Part shown: positions 14,651-26,144 of the stretch, one piece after another
Position numbering within the stretch: the stretch's first letter is position 1
Layout: every line of letters starts with the position of its first letter
Assembly: GCA_024137785.1 (NCBI GenBank)
Contig: JAHRHZ010000282.1
Coordinates: forward strand, 124,001 to 188,000
Direction: 5' to 3'
Length of the DNA: 64,000 nucleotides
From: Ginglymostoma cirratum
Lineage: Eukaryota
Made by a program: the position numbers and the translations under genes
Notes under the pieces: generated by a model
Told to the model about the DNA's origin: nothing
The model's input: the letters and a program-made list of their open reading frames with translations, nothing else
The model's database searches: none

Positions 14651-14993
14651 TTTTTTCTTACTGCTGTCTCTGCTCTCTGCATTGCCGTATCTGTAATCCT
14701 CACTCCGTGAAGGTTTTTGTAAGGCTGTTTCAATGATTTTTATTATGGCGTCGTAATCTCCATTGTGTTCATGTTTTTATACAACTTTGTCCATGCCCTG
14801 TATAATTTTGTCGGCAATTCCAATTCTGTTCAGGTTTTTGTACAGCTCTCTTCGTGCTCTGTATTACTGTGTCGTAATCGCCAATTTGTTCATGTGTTTT
14901 TGCAGCTGTCTCCATGCTCTGTATCATTTTGTCTGCAATTCCCATTCTGTTCAGGTTTTTTGTACTGCTCTGTCCGTGCTCTCGATCACTGTG
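14651..14993 (-). repeat. Tandem array of about six ~60-62-bp units derived from a 23-RSS
   Basis: Nonamer-like blocks end at 14659, 14720, 14780, 14841, 14901, 14963; each is followed by a related 23-bp spacer and a heptamer position; linkers alternate, giving a ~121-bp higher-order period. Confidence 0.8.
14955..14993 (-). promoter_or_regulatory. 23-RSS of supporting Vdelta
   Basis: CACAGTG (14993-14987), 23-bp spacer, ACAAAAAAC (14963-14955). Confidence 0.95.
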
Positions 14994-15303
14994 TCTGCTG
15001 CGCGCCGACCCAGTGCGCAGTAATACACCGCAGAGTCACTCAGTTGTAATGTGGAGATCTTTAGTCGACTGATTTTTGCCGAGGAGTCAATAGCAGCAGA
15101 AATTCTGCCTCCAGCTGCATGTTCTTTATTCTGCTCTCCTGATGTGTAACTCTGAAGCAGGTATTTCAGACCGTCTCCTGGGGACTGACGGTACCAGTAA
15201 ACGGTGTACTGACAGAATCCTGAATATTCACAACTTAAAGTAACAGTCTCACCGGTAACAGAGGTTTGTACAGCTGGACTGCGGGACACCAGGGACGGGG
15301 AAT
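14994..15303 (-). CDS. NAR-TCR supporting TCR delta V segment (leaderless, extra CDR1 Cys), open frame
   Basis: Acceptor ttccacag|AT TCC; DSPSLVSRSPAVQTSVTGETVTLSCEYSGFCQYTVYWYRQSPGDGLKYLLQ...LKISTLQLSDSAVYYCALGRRAA; canonical C, WYRQ, YYC; no leader exon or donor seen in the ~300 bp upstream; phase matches the J donor at 20513. Confidence 0.92.
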
Positions 15304-16259
15304 CTGTGGAATTAAAAAAAAGGTTTTTTCGCACTGACTATGACAGAAACTTGGCAATCAGCTAAACACTTCTGATACTAAGATACTTTTCTTAATTTGA
15401 CTCTGTGTTGGGATTGTCTTTCTCATAATTAACGAAATAATGTTGAAATTTTGCAATTTCTGGTTGTTGACATTGCGTTGTCATGATTTGGCTGAAAGGC
15501 CAGAATGGGTTAGGAGAGTTCAGAATCTGGACTAACACTCAAGCCGTTGTTGGAAACGCACTAGAACAGGGAATGATCCATGAGACCAGGCAAATGTAAC
15601 AGAATCGGAAAACAAACTTGTGCTTTTTCTAAGTATTTGCACCTGCACTACGGACAGTGTGGTAACCAGATGTGCTGTCTGCTTCCATCCATTGTATTAA
15701 AGTCTTCTTGTGTATTTCTGGTGAAATGTGCATCTGGGAAAATATTTTAATCGGTTATTATCCTCCTCACGAAGAAGATCAGTTTCCAGAATTGTTTGAC
15801 AGACGAAAACCTCTGCTGTGGTACATCACTAAGATCCAACAAATCGTCGTAAAACTCATCCACAGTAATTGACCTGGATGGGCGGTATGTATTTGCACGT
15901 CAGAGTATCAGGGAATAGAGTCATTCAGCCTGGCGTGCACATGCTGCCTGTCTGAATGAGGAATTCATTGACGACCACTTCCTACTCTCTACCAGCAGCC
16001 TTACACATTCTTCATTCTAAAGTAATTATCCAATTTCCTCTTGAACACCTTGATCAAGTTTGCCTTTCCATGCTAAACTGTTATGATCTGGAAATACATG
16101 CGAGATCATAACCATTCACCTTGAAATTCATTTTCCTGAAGTCACCATTATCAGTTCTGTTCATGAGTACGTTTTTGTTCCTGAACTTTCCACCAATGGC
16201 AGCAGTTTCACTTTATCTGCTCTGTTCAGACTCCTCATGGTTTTGAATACCATCATCAG

Positions 16260-16790
16260 GTAGAAAGGATGTGAACTCTTTGGAGCAGGTATACAAACAG
16301 TTTACCAAGATGTTGCCTCGTATGGGTGATTTTAGCTATGAAGAAAGTTTGGCTGGGTTGGGTTTGTTTTCATTGGAACATAGAAGGTTAAGGTACGAAT
16401 TCACAGACGATTTTTTATGATGATGAAGAGCATGGATAGAGTGGAAAGTATGTGGCTTTTTCCCAGGGTAGAGGTATCAGTTACTAGGAGTCACAAGTTG
16501 ATGGTCTCGGGGTTTGGGGGGCGTGGGCGGTGGGTGGTGTATTTAAAAAAGATATGCGTGGCAAGTTTTTCGCTCAAAAGGTGGAGAATACCTGGATTGC
16601 GCTGCCAGAGGAGATGGTGAAAGCAGACGCAATAGCAGAATTGAAGAAGCACCTGAACAAATACATGAATAGGAAGGGAATAAAGGGATACAAATCCTGT
16701 GTGTGAAGACAGTTTTAGTATGGAAGGGTAAAATGTCTAGGCACAGGCTTAGAAGGCCTAAGGGGCCGTTCCTTTGCAGCATTATTCTTT
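16260..16790 (+). mobile_element. CR1-type LINE 3' fragment, degenerate
   Basis: Typical CR1 ORF2 C-terminal coding remnants (tttagctatgaagaaag...ttttcattggaacatagaagg) and 3' tail. Confidence 0.65.
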
Positions 16791-18236
16791 GTGCTGAGTC
16801 CATTCTTTTTCTCAAACTTCCATTCTTGAAGAAAAATAATCCCAACGTCTTCAATTCATCTCTCTCTCTCCGATCTCTCTGGACCGTAAGATCATTCTTG
16901 TGGATTCTGCATGCTCTTTCGTTTCTTCACTTTCAACCCAAAGGGCGTTGTGCAGAACCTGACAAAATATTCTCGCTGGCGTCAAAGCATGTTCGACAGA
17001 TTTACACAATTTCTTTGAATTTTGCCATCAATGTCCCTCTTAATAAAACTTACGAAACTGTATACGTTATTTTGTAACCTCTCATGACGCTTATACTGTA
17101 CTGGAGCTCCAGGCTACCTTTGCAACTATGTGTCTTTTCATAAATCGGGGAGGCAATCTTGGTCGATTTCACTTTCCTGAGTATCTTTGAAGTATTTTCG
17201 TTTCAAAATCTATATCTGTCACTTTGTGATATTTATTTGTTATTTTCCATCTTGTGAATTGGTCCCGAAGCCTTGCAATTAGCGTTTGGGCTCAGCCAGT
17301 GCAATTTACACTGTGGTTTCACCGCCACTGAGAACTAGGTTCTCAGGGTGTCTGACAATTTCAAGTCCGTTGGTGGATTGATGAACTGTTATCCTTGTTT
17401 TCTGGCAAAGTGTTCTCTGAGATTTGCATCTTTTGGAATCTGCAGATCAGGTACAGCTCATTGCGTGGAATTGTCTACGCCTGTTCTTGTACTCTGCAAA
17501 TGCCTTCTCCATCCTGAATTGCAACCAACACTTTTATACCTCATTCCTGTTTCCTTCTATTCCCTTCCACTTTCCCTTCTCTATTTTGAAACGATTCCAT
17601 CACCAAATTGAGGAATTTGGCCCAAACACTGCACATGTTAGGCAGCTCCATATTCTGATCTGTTTGTGGACAAATGCATTCCTCCGAATATTTCTATCTG
17701 CTGTGTCGGCGCTGACATGCATTGTACAGCACTTTATTCCAGAGCGACATATGGAGGAAGACATGTCATCACATGGATTTCATTCGGCCTTTAGCCCAAG
17801 GTCAAGAATTTCTATGGAACCTCTTCATACTGCCCGACTTTCGAGAGGAGACGCAGGCTGTTAAACTTTCTAAATTATGTTTAATTCTGCTCAACTTTTT
17901 ATTCAGTGGGATAAAAAAAAATCAAAGCTGATGGTGCAAAAGTATATAAATACTGAATAAGAGAGGCCATACCTCCCTTAAATAGGGCCATAAAATTGAG
18001 GAATATCAGGGCTGCTGATCTTCACATTATGTTCCGTGGTCTTTCCAAATGCATTGACCTCCTTCATATTCAAACATCTAGCAAAACGTGTGGGACACTC
18101 ATTAGATCCCTGAAGAGCTGCACACACTTTAATTAAGTCAATCTATTTTTTTTTCTAAGTTATGATTAATGTAATACAAACCAGTGTACTACTATATATA
18201 TCTATGGCCCGACACCGATCAGTTGATCTTCGACAT

Positions 18237-19190
18237 CATAGAGTCTTAGAGATGTACAGCATGGAAGCAGATTCTTTGGTCCAACTCGTCCATTCCGACT
18301 AGGTGTCCTAAATTAATCAGTTACTATTTGACAGCATTTGGCCCATATTCCTCTCAACTCTACCTGTTCATATAGCCGTCTTGATGCTTTTTAAATGTTG
18401 TAATTGTACCAGGCTTCACCACTTCCTCTGGCAATTCATTCCTGACATGCATAAACCTGTGGGTGAAAAATTTGCCCCTGAGGTCCTTTCTAAATCTTTC
18501 CTCTCTCACTTTCGACCTATGCCTTCTAGTTTCAGACTCCCTTACCCCAGGGATAAGACTTTGACTATTTACCCTACCTATGCCCCGCTTGACTTTGTAA
18601 AGTTCTGTACGGTAGCCCTTCAACATCAGATGATCCGTGGAAATTAGTTTCAGCCGATTCAGCCTCTCTTTATACTCCAAACTCTCAACCCTGGCAACAT
18701 CCTTGTAAGTCTTTTCTGAACCCTTTTACATTTCACGACATCTTTCCTACAGCAGTGAGAGCATAACTGAATGCAGTATTCCAAAAGTGACCTAACCAAC
18801 ATCATGTACAGCTGCAACGTGACCTCTCAACTGCCGTACTTAATGCACCGACCAATGAAGGCAAACATATCAAACGCCTTCTTCACTGCACTGTCTACTT
18901 CCGACTACGATTTCAAAGAAACATGAACCTGCACTCCAAGTTCTCTTTGTTCAGCCGGACTCCTCAGGTCTTTACAATTAAGTGATAAACCTGCTCTGAT
19001 TTGCCATACTAAAATGCTGAACGTCACTTTTATCTATGTTAAACTCCACCTTCCGTTCCTTGATCCATCGAACCGTGGGATCACGGTCCCGTTGTGTTCT
19101 GAGGTAACCTTTTTCGTTGTCCACTACATTACCAATTTTGGTGTCACCTGCATTTTACTCCCCAGACCTGCTGTGTTCACATTCAATATA
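18237..19190 (-). mobile_element. CR1-type LINE 3' fragment inside the NAR J to supporting V intron
   Basis: YKERLNRLKL...ETRRHRSKVREERFRKDLRGKFFTHRFMHVRNELPEEVV is a typical CR1 ORF2 C-terminus. Confidence 0.8.
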
Positions 19191-20512
19191 TATATATGTG
19201 TAAAACAAGCTGAAAGGAAACCTTCCATCTCGACCCTTTGACCTGAATATCTGAGCAGCTTGTTGTGAAAGGAAGAACTAAAACAAAACACAAGATATTT
19301 GCAAATGACTCATGTTCAAGGTTATTTCGCGTCTGTAGTTGCACAATTGCATAATTGGTCTGTTCGGACAAACAATGGATAAATATGTCTCCTGTTTACA
19401 TGACTCTCAGATGAATGAGCTTAGAGCTCTGACAGTCTTGTTCAAAAAGGCATGAAATCGAACACACTGGAAGACTGGAAAAGAAACATATAAAAAAGGC
19501 ACATCGGAGACGCCTACAGTGACAAATCCAGCAGCATCTTGAAACTAACCATCACAAAGCGGAGACCCTGAATTCGAAACTCAGAGAAGACTAAGACTTG
19601 TTGGACTGAAACTAGCCAGTTCATCACACAGGGGCAGGGATCTAGATTATAGTCAAACCGTTGGGTATTGTGTTGTCTGTACGCTTTCTAGCAATTAAAG
19701 AGTTAAACAAAAAAAAAAGCGTAGTTGTATGAGTTTCTAATTTGGCTGTTTGAGCTTTGTGACAAACTTCGAGATCCCAGCAGAAGAAAGGTCAACACCA
19801 TTATCTCGAGCATTAATATTCACTATGGGTCGTGTGTCTGCAGTCGCACATTTCGGTCGAAAGGAGGGAAGAAAGGAAATGATTGCTTATATTAAAGCAA
19901 TTGAAAGAAATGCTAGGAAAATAAAACTAAATTCAGTCACTGACTGCCCCAAAATGAAATTTCACCAGGATTACAACCATTATCTCCGAAGCCCAATTGT
20001 CATTTCCTAGACTTTGTGTCCCTCCAGATCTCATATAAATTACTGCAGAGCAAAAATGCATTTCCTGGTGCCTCATTGCCATTGATAGGATCTGACAGAG
20101 ATCCTTTGCACAGAAGTGAACTCTTTGATTCCGCTCCTTTTTTCACAGGAAAGTCCAACTCAACTCGTGTGAGTGGGAGTTAGAAGTTTTTTTAACCTGA
20201 GTCAATTTAAAACAATTAAAATTGAATGACCGTGAGAGACTGGGATGCTGGTTTTATCATCTGATGTCCCCTTTAGACCAAGGATATACCAGATCGGGTC
20301 AACTCAACCTATTCTGTCTTGACTCCGGTTTCACTCCCAGACCTGACTAATGCTACTAATTCTGCTCTCAAATCTAAAATTGCAATTAAAGCTTTCCTTT
20401 GAAAACTTTGCTTTGATGAACTTGTGTTGAAGAACGACAGACCAAAGGAATACCATGACAGTACCCAGTTTCCTGGGCAGTGTCGAATACATTGGGGTTT
20501 GGAGTCACTTAC

Positions 20513-20565
20513 CGGCTGTGACAGTCACCTCTGTCCCGGACCCATCCACAGTGTCATAGTGTAAC
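20513..20565 (-). CDS. NAR-TCR J segment
   Basis: LHYDTVDGSGTEVTVTA with NAR-type DGxGT motif; phase-1 donor GCCG|gtaagt; RSS on its 5' side. Confidence 0.92.
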
Positions 20566-20604
20566 CACAGTGACACCATTCTCAGACACACCAACGCAAA
20601 AACT
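20566..20604 (+). promoter_or_regulatory. 23-RSS of NAR-TCR J
   Basis: CACAGTG 20566-20572, 23-bp spacer, GCAAAAACT 20596-20604. Confidence 0.9.
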
Positions 20605-20942
20605 ACTGGCACTCCAATCTCCTGGGCGAAAATCACTAGTCGGCTCTGCTTGATTATCGAGGAGATTTGAATCACTATACTCGATTCCAAATTTGACATA
20701 ACACATCATTTCAAGCTGTTCTTGGGGAAACTCTAAAATCTTCACGACACGATCGAAGAAGACGAACAGGGGATGACCTCTTTGTAGAAATTGGGAACAA
20801 TGTTAAAGAACTGTAATAGAAGTCAGAAAATTGAATAAAATTAAACAAGGACACGGATATCTACCAATACACGATTGGGTACGGGTCCACAGAATCTGCA
20901 TTTTAGTTGTACATGATATACGATCAGCTCTCATTCACTGTG

Positions 20943-20958
20943 AATTCCCATAAATTCA
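20943..20958 (-). CDS. NAR-TCR D segment (16 bp, TGAATTTATGGGAATT)
   Basis: Flanked by two perfect opposed heptamers (20936-20942, 20959-20965). V-facing 12-RSS has nonamer ACCAAATCT (20978-20986); J-facing nonamer is weak. Lies roughly midway between V and J. Confidence 0.85.
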
Positions 20959-21300
20959 CACAGTGTTTCCACTCAGTACCAAATCTCCTAATATTACTCA
21001 GATATGGAATCTTTGCTTAAACAGCGGCTCCAGTTGCCAGCTTCTGAACTGGATTCCTTCCAGTATCTGTGACTCCTGATTGGGATCAGTTATTCCCAAC
21101 ATTGCTGCACTGACAACGATCCCACAAAAGACACCACCATCAGGCCACTCAGCATTTACGATACTGAAGATAATAACAGCGACATTCCAGTTCGAATATA
21201 AGCAGAACCGTGGAGCAGGCATTGAGAGGTGAAAGTGTGGGGTGTTCAGGGCAGATGGACTATGGATTTTCACATGTTTCTGTGTTAATTTACAGAGAGA

Positions 21301-21339
21301 GCTTTTTTGTGTCACGGGAAGCTGAGCCCCATCATTGTG
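21301..21339 (-). promoter_or_regulatory. 22/23-RSS of NAR-TCR V
   Basis: CACAATG (21339-21333) plus ACAAAAAAG (22-bp spacer) or CAAAAAAGC (23-bp spacer). Confidence 0.85.
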
Positions 21340-21801
21340 TCTCATAGCTGTACTCTGCGTTACAATAATAGGTGGCGGTGTCTTCAACTTTCACATCCCG
21401 AATTTCCAGCGAAAATGTCTTTTCTGCTTTATTTATCCTCACATCAAACCTCTCCCCTGCCGAGATCCGCTCCCGCTCTGATCCTGTCTGGCTTTGTTTG
21501 AAGAAACCCCCTCCAGTTAAAGGCCGACGGAAGAAGCCACCATAGAAAACACAGTCGATGATGAGAGACTGGCACTCTTTCGTGGCTACCGCTGGCGGCG
21601 TCTGTACCACTGACTGACTGAAAGATCCTGAAAATTAAAGAAAGGTACATTAATGGGCTTTAAGTTACCTGGACCAGCCACAACGCCTGCTTTTTTAATG
21701 GAAAGGGGGAGCTTTATGCAAAATGCCCACAACGTTATGTTGCTTGATTCGTACTTACGGTGTAAATAGGCACACAGTATGAAGATCAGAACAAGTCCCA
21801 T
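21340..21801 (-). CDS. NAR-TCR V segment (IgNAR-like V); leader exon 21801-21759, V exon 21627-21340, open frame
   Basis: MGLVLIFILCAYLH|RSFSQSVVQTPPAVATKECQSLIIDCVFYGGFFRRPLTGGGFFKQSQTGSERERISAGERFDVRINKAEKTFSLEIRDVKVEDTATYYCNAEYSYE; lacks the CDR2 region as IgNAR V does; extra FR1 Cys; GT-AG phase-1 intron. Confidence 0.92.
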
Positions 21802-21828
21802 TTTGCTATTGTCTGGTGCAACACATGA

Positions 21829-21981
21829 TTTATATGAACCGGGAGCTGGAAGCTGCTTTCGGACAGGGTCTCAGAGCTGGACTGAAATACAGCAGAATTA
21901 TTGCGTTCATTTGCAAAGGGCACTGTCCTTTATCCGATGTGAAATCCCCTCCTACATTAGTCTGACGTACAGGGGGCGGGA
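21829..21981 (-). promoter_or_regulatory. Putative NAR-TCR V promoter
   Basis: TATAAA (21834-21829), octamer-like TTGCAAAT (21916-21909, 1 mismatch), CRE-like TGACGT at ~21963, GC box at ~21972. Confidence 0.45.
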
Positions 21982-24900
21982 TTGGAACCTGTTCTGTGAA
22001 TAGAAGCTTCCGTTCTCCATGCACTCAGAGGGATGAGCTAGGATTCCATTACTTCCAAGAAGTCATTAATATTCCTCTGAACTTGTTGCCACGATTTTGG
22101 TTCAACCTTCAATCGGGAGAGGGCACCTCAGACTCAATCAACCAGAACCATTGCAACCTCTGAAAGTCATGTTAAAATGTGAGATAGCCCAGTCGAATTG
22201 TCAATACCCTGGAGCAGAGCATACAGACACCTTCGAATCTTCCTGTCGTCTCTTATGAAGTTAACAGCACATGTCAGCGCCTCAAGTCTGCTCGGCCATT
22301 CAAAACTAATCGGACTCCTTCACATTCGCCTTTCCTCCAAAGTCTACTCGTGTTTTTTTTTTGAAGGATCAGGAATGTATCTCACTCTGCTTTAAAATAT
22401 CTAACTCTCTGCTTATAACACCTTTTGAGAAACAGAGTTCCGATGACTCACTACCCTCTGTGAGAAAAGAAATGGTCTTATCTCTGTCTTAAATGTTCGA
22501 CTGCTCATCATCAAGTTGGGATTCTGAGTTCAAGGCTCACCAACAAGAGAGAACATTCTTTCCATGTACATCGAATCAAAACCCCTGAAAGTCTTATATG
22601 TGTCAGTCAAATAGAGTCTTCCTCTTCTAGCCTTAAACTTGAGGTTCCTCAAGCCTCAAGTGTCCATTCTGACCTCACAAGTCTACCCTCCATTCGAGGC
22701 CTTAATTCAGTAGAATTTCGAAGACCTGCTTTCAAAACATTCACGTTCTTCTTAAATAACGTGTGTAGTACTGTACATAGAACGCCAAATGTGCTCACAC
22801 ACCGCTCCCACCAAAAAAGAAAAACTGCATGACTGAAGCATATAATCCCTACTTTTATATAAATGTTTGGTAACAACAGAAGTGGAGAAACTGTTCCCAC
22901 TCATAAAAAGTTTGAGAGCCACACGCCACAGGTATAAGATATTTTGCAAACGAAGAAAATGTGAGATAAATGTGATAAATGCTTTTCACCCAAAGTGTCG
23001 TCCGGTTTTGGGGTGAACAGCCGAAAAGGAGCTGGAGGCTGGCTTCATTCAGGAGGGCATTGAGCTATTAGACATTGAACAAATGTGCAGGTTATGTGCA
23101 GTAGTTTCATGAAATTGACACCAAGCTGCTGAATGGCCTCCTCCTGCAGAGTAACAAATTGCGAATCTATGATTCTGTGAATTCTATTAGTGATAAATGA
23201 GAATGTTCTATTAAAATTCCTAATTATTTCCTGCATGTCGTTATTAACCTACCATGCTTCATTGGCTGCGACATCCTTCTGCATATCACAGCTCTACAAT
23301 CCTTAGCCTTTTAGATAATGTACTTTTTTTAAATTCTTCGTGCCACCTCTGCCAATTTCAAACATTTACACATGATGCTCTATCTTCCAGATCTTTCCAC
23401 ACTTACTGAACCTACCTATATTCCTCTTGCCCACTGTCTTGCTCTTCATTAACTTACCCTGCTTCCTCCTCTTGTCGGTCACTTACGTCGAATGTTTTGT
23501 CCACATTGATGTCTCACAGACAGTTACCTCACAGGCCTGGATTTCAGTAACCTGGAGTACATTCTTCTGGAGAAGATAAACATGCTCCAATTACTCAGTT
23601 GCTGTAACAATGCCTTCATCTAAGTTTTTGCCAGATCAAATTATGAGGAGCTGTTTCAGAATGGCTCACTGTGTGGAACTTTCCCTCTATAATCAGAAAG
23701 CCATCGTTCAATCTATGATATGCCAAAGATTTGAAAACCACACTCGTAAATCTTCTTTCATCGTTTGCTCCTTTATCCACTAGGACTCTTATTATCCAGG
23801 AATGTTAGTGTAAGCACTGAAAGGAAGGTATTTAATAAAATAGGGACTTACTTTTTAAAAATTCGGATTTTTGTTGTTAACTCTACTGCCTGAATAGAAT
23901 ATGGATAATCATTAAACAGCAGCTTTTGAATGAACAGTTTACTCGAAATAGAATACGTGACATTGCAAAAGAACCAAATGAGTATTTGTTAAACTGTTAA
24001 CCTTTAAAAGGCCGATAGCATATTTCCTCATCGATAACACAGAAGTACAGACTTTTTGGGCGGATTGTAAGAAGATAGAGTCTGCCTTTCAGATGTTCTA
24101 ACTTCACAGATATGCACAGATAATCAGAGCGTCGGGTCATTCCAGAAAATATGGATCATTACGTCTAGTTTCTGACAATCCGGAGACAAGAAGATCTCGG
24201 CCTGACAATTCGATTTAGATCCATGTATTGAATTTTATTGGTAAGATAGGCAGTGAATATTTGTTCCTTATTCTCTTGAAAAAAAAACACGAAATAAGCA
24301 CACTCATGTGTAAACAACGACGGAGCAATGAGACGACAGTCCAAAAGACTACTTTGCAATCTTCTGACAATATTCACGTTATGGCTCCTTCAGACGTTCC
24401 CATAAGAACGCCAGAGCATTGCCAGTACACTACGAAGTTGCACGTGCACTGGGGGAACGTCTTGAAAGGCAGCCAGGTGCTTCCAGGGAGAATAAAGATT
24501 GACTGCTCATCGTGAGGCATTTTTGTCCAAATGGAGAAGCAGTTCTCATCAATCATTCATCTCAGTTGCAGATTTTGATGAGCATTTCCAGCATTATGTT
24601 GCTGTTGTTAATGGTGTTGTTTTAGTTTGCGATTGGAACGTTTGTTAGTCCAGTCTTACACATGTGCCATTCAATTGATTTCTCATCTGTGAAAGTGATC
24701 TCCTCAGTAATGCTAATGAGAAAATTGTGTTGTACTTTTCCTATCTGCACGGAGACCTGTATAATAGTTATGGGATTATGTTGGTATTTTTGAACGAGTC
24801 ACGGTTCTCTTCTCACTTAATCTGGCAAGAAATTTCTCATTCACTGTTTCTCTTTGTCGTTCTCTCTCGATCTCTTTCTATCTTTTCCGCCCTTTCTTTC

Positions 24901-25624
24901 TGCTTTAACTAATTTAGTATTGTGCTCCGTGTTTCTAGTTTTATCAGTATCAGCTTGCTTCCTTCTGGTGGTGGCAGTATCTTTGTCATGAACATCGCTG
25001 CAATATTAGGCTGGATTGTGGAATTTATTTTCCATTCAGTTTTCTATCCATGAAATGGAAGCAATTTCGTTTTGCCTTATCTGGTAGAACTATTAAGCCT
25101 GGTTAATTTTTAAAAAAATCTTTTATTGATTTCAGGGCCCTCCTTGCAAATTGGTGGGAATGAAACATTGTATACAGAAAAGATTGCATGCTTTTATATG
25201 ATCAAAGTCAAACACAAAAAAACATAAATTTTGTAATTTAAAATGCACATGATTTAATCAACGAATACAATTTCGCACTAAGTTGCTCATGGATGTGCAA
25301 GAGGAACGATTTCAGAAACCATTCATAATTTCCCAAACTCAATATTTTAATTGTTATTCTCTGAGCATTTCGCGATTTGGATATCAATCTTTCTAATAGC
25401 AACTAATTTTGCAGCAGTTTGTCAGATGAGGCAGCTTTGGTTTCTCAAAAAGACATGATCCGTTTTCTTTAAATTTTCCGGATTTCATTTGGATTATTTC
25501 CTTGTATCTCAGCATGAATATTTTGCCATAGCATTTTGTCAATGTGACTACTATCATATCTTGGTCTCCTTTATTTCCGGTCGTTGATGTAGATTTCAAT
25601 GAATTTTGGTCTCTGTTGTGTGTC

Positions 25625-25950
25625 ATTGTATTAGTTTGTATCCTTATTCCCTACAGTGCGGACAGAGGTCATTCGAGACATTGAGTGTGTTTCTACCCTC
25701 CGAAGAACCACGTGCCCTACTTCTGTAAACCGACATTCATCATTGTTAACCAACCCAGCCTAAACATCCCTTGACCCTATCAGACAGTTTAGCATGACCA
25801 ATTAATCTGACCTATGGGAGGAAAACGGAGCACCCAGAAGAAACCCACACATACTCAATGAGAATGTACAAACTCGATACAGGCAGTCATCTAAGGCTGA
25901 AATCAAAGTTGGGTCCCTGGTCATATGAAGCAATAGCACTTGCCACTGTG
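25625..25950 (-). mobile_element. Degenerate V-SINE (HE1-like)
   Basis: gggaggaaaacggagcacccagaagaaacccac core, similar to the copy at 44933-45246. Confidence 0.65.
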
Positions 25951-26144
25951 CAAATGGACCCCTGAGATGAACATTTCGCGCGTAGAAATAACTGTAAGGA
26001 TGTTAATCGATAATTTCTAACTCAAGCTCACTTCTCAAATGTATCAAATTGCTTCAAAATCCTGTAGAACAATTCTCATATTTATAAGTCTCAGATTCTT
26101 TCTTTTCTGCTTTCCAGATATCTGTATGTATGTTTGTACGACAG

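Noticed and set aside
14651-14993. CRISPR-like or D-segment-array reading of the 60-bp repeat
   Set aside because: Eukaryotic context, the spacers are related to each other, and the linkers have an RSS on only one side, so they are not D segments.
23623-23673. Nonamer-like agtttttgc and heptamer cactgtg
   Set aside because: Spacer is 35 bp and no coding segment is adjacent.
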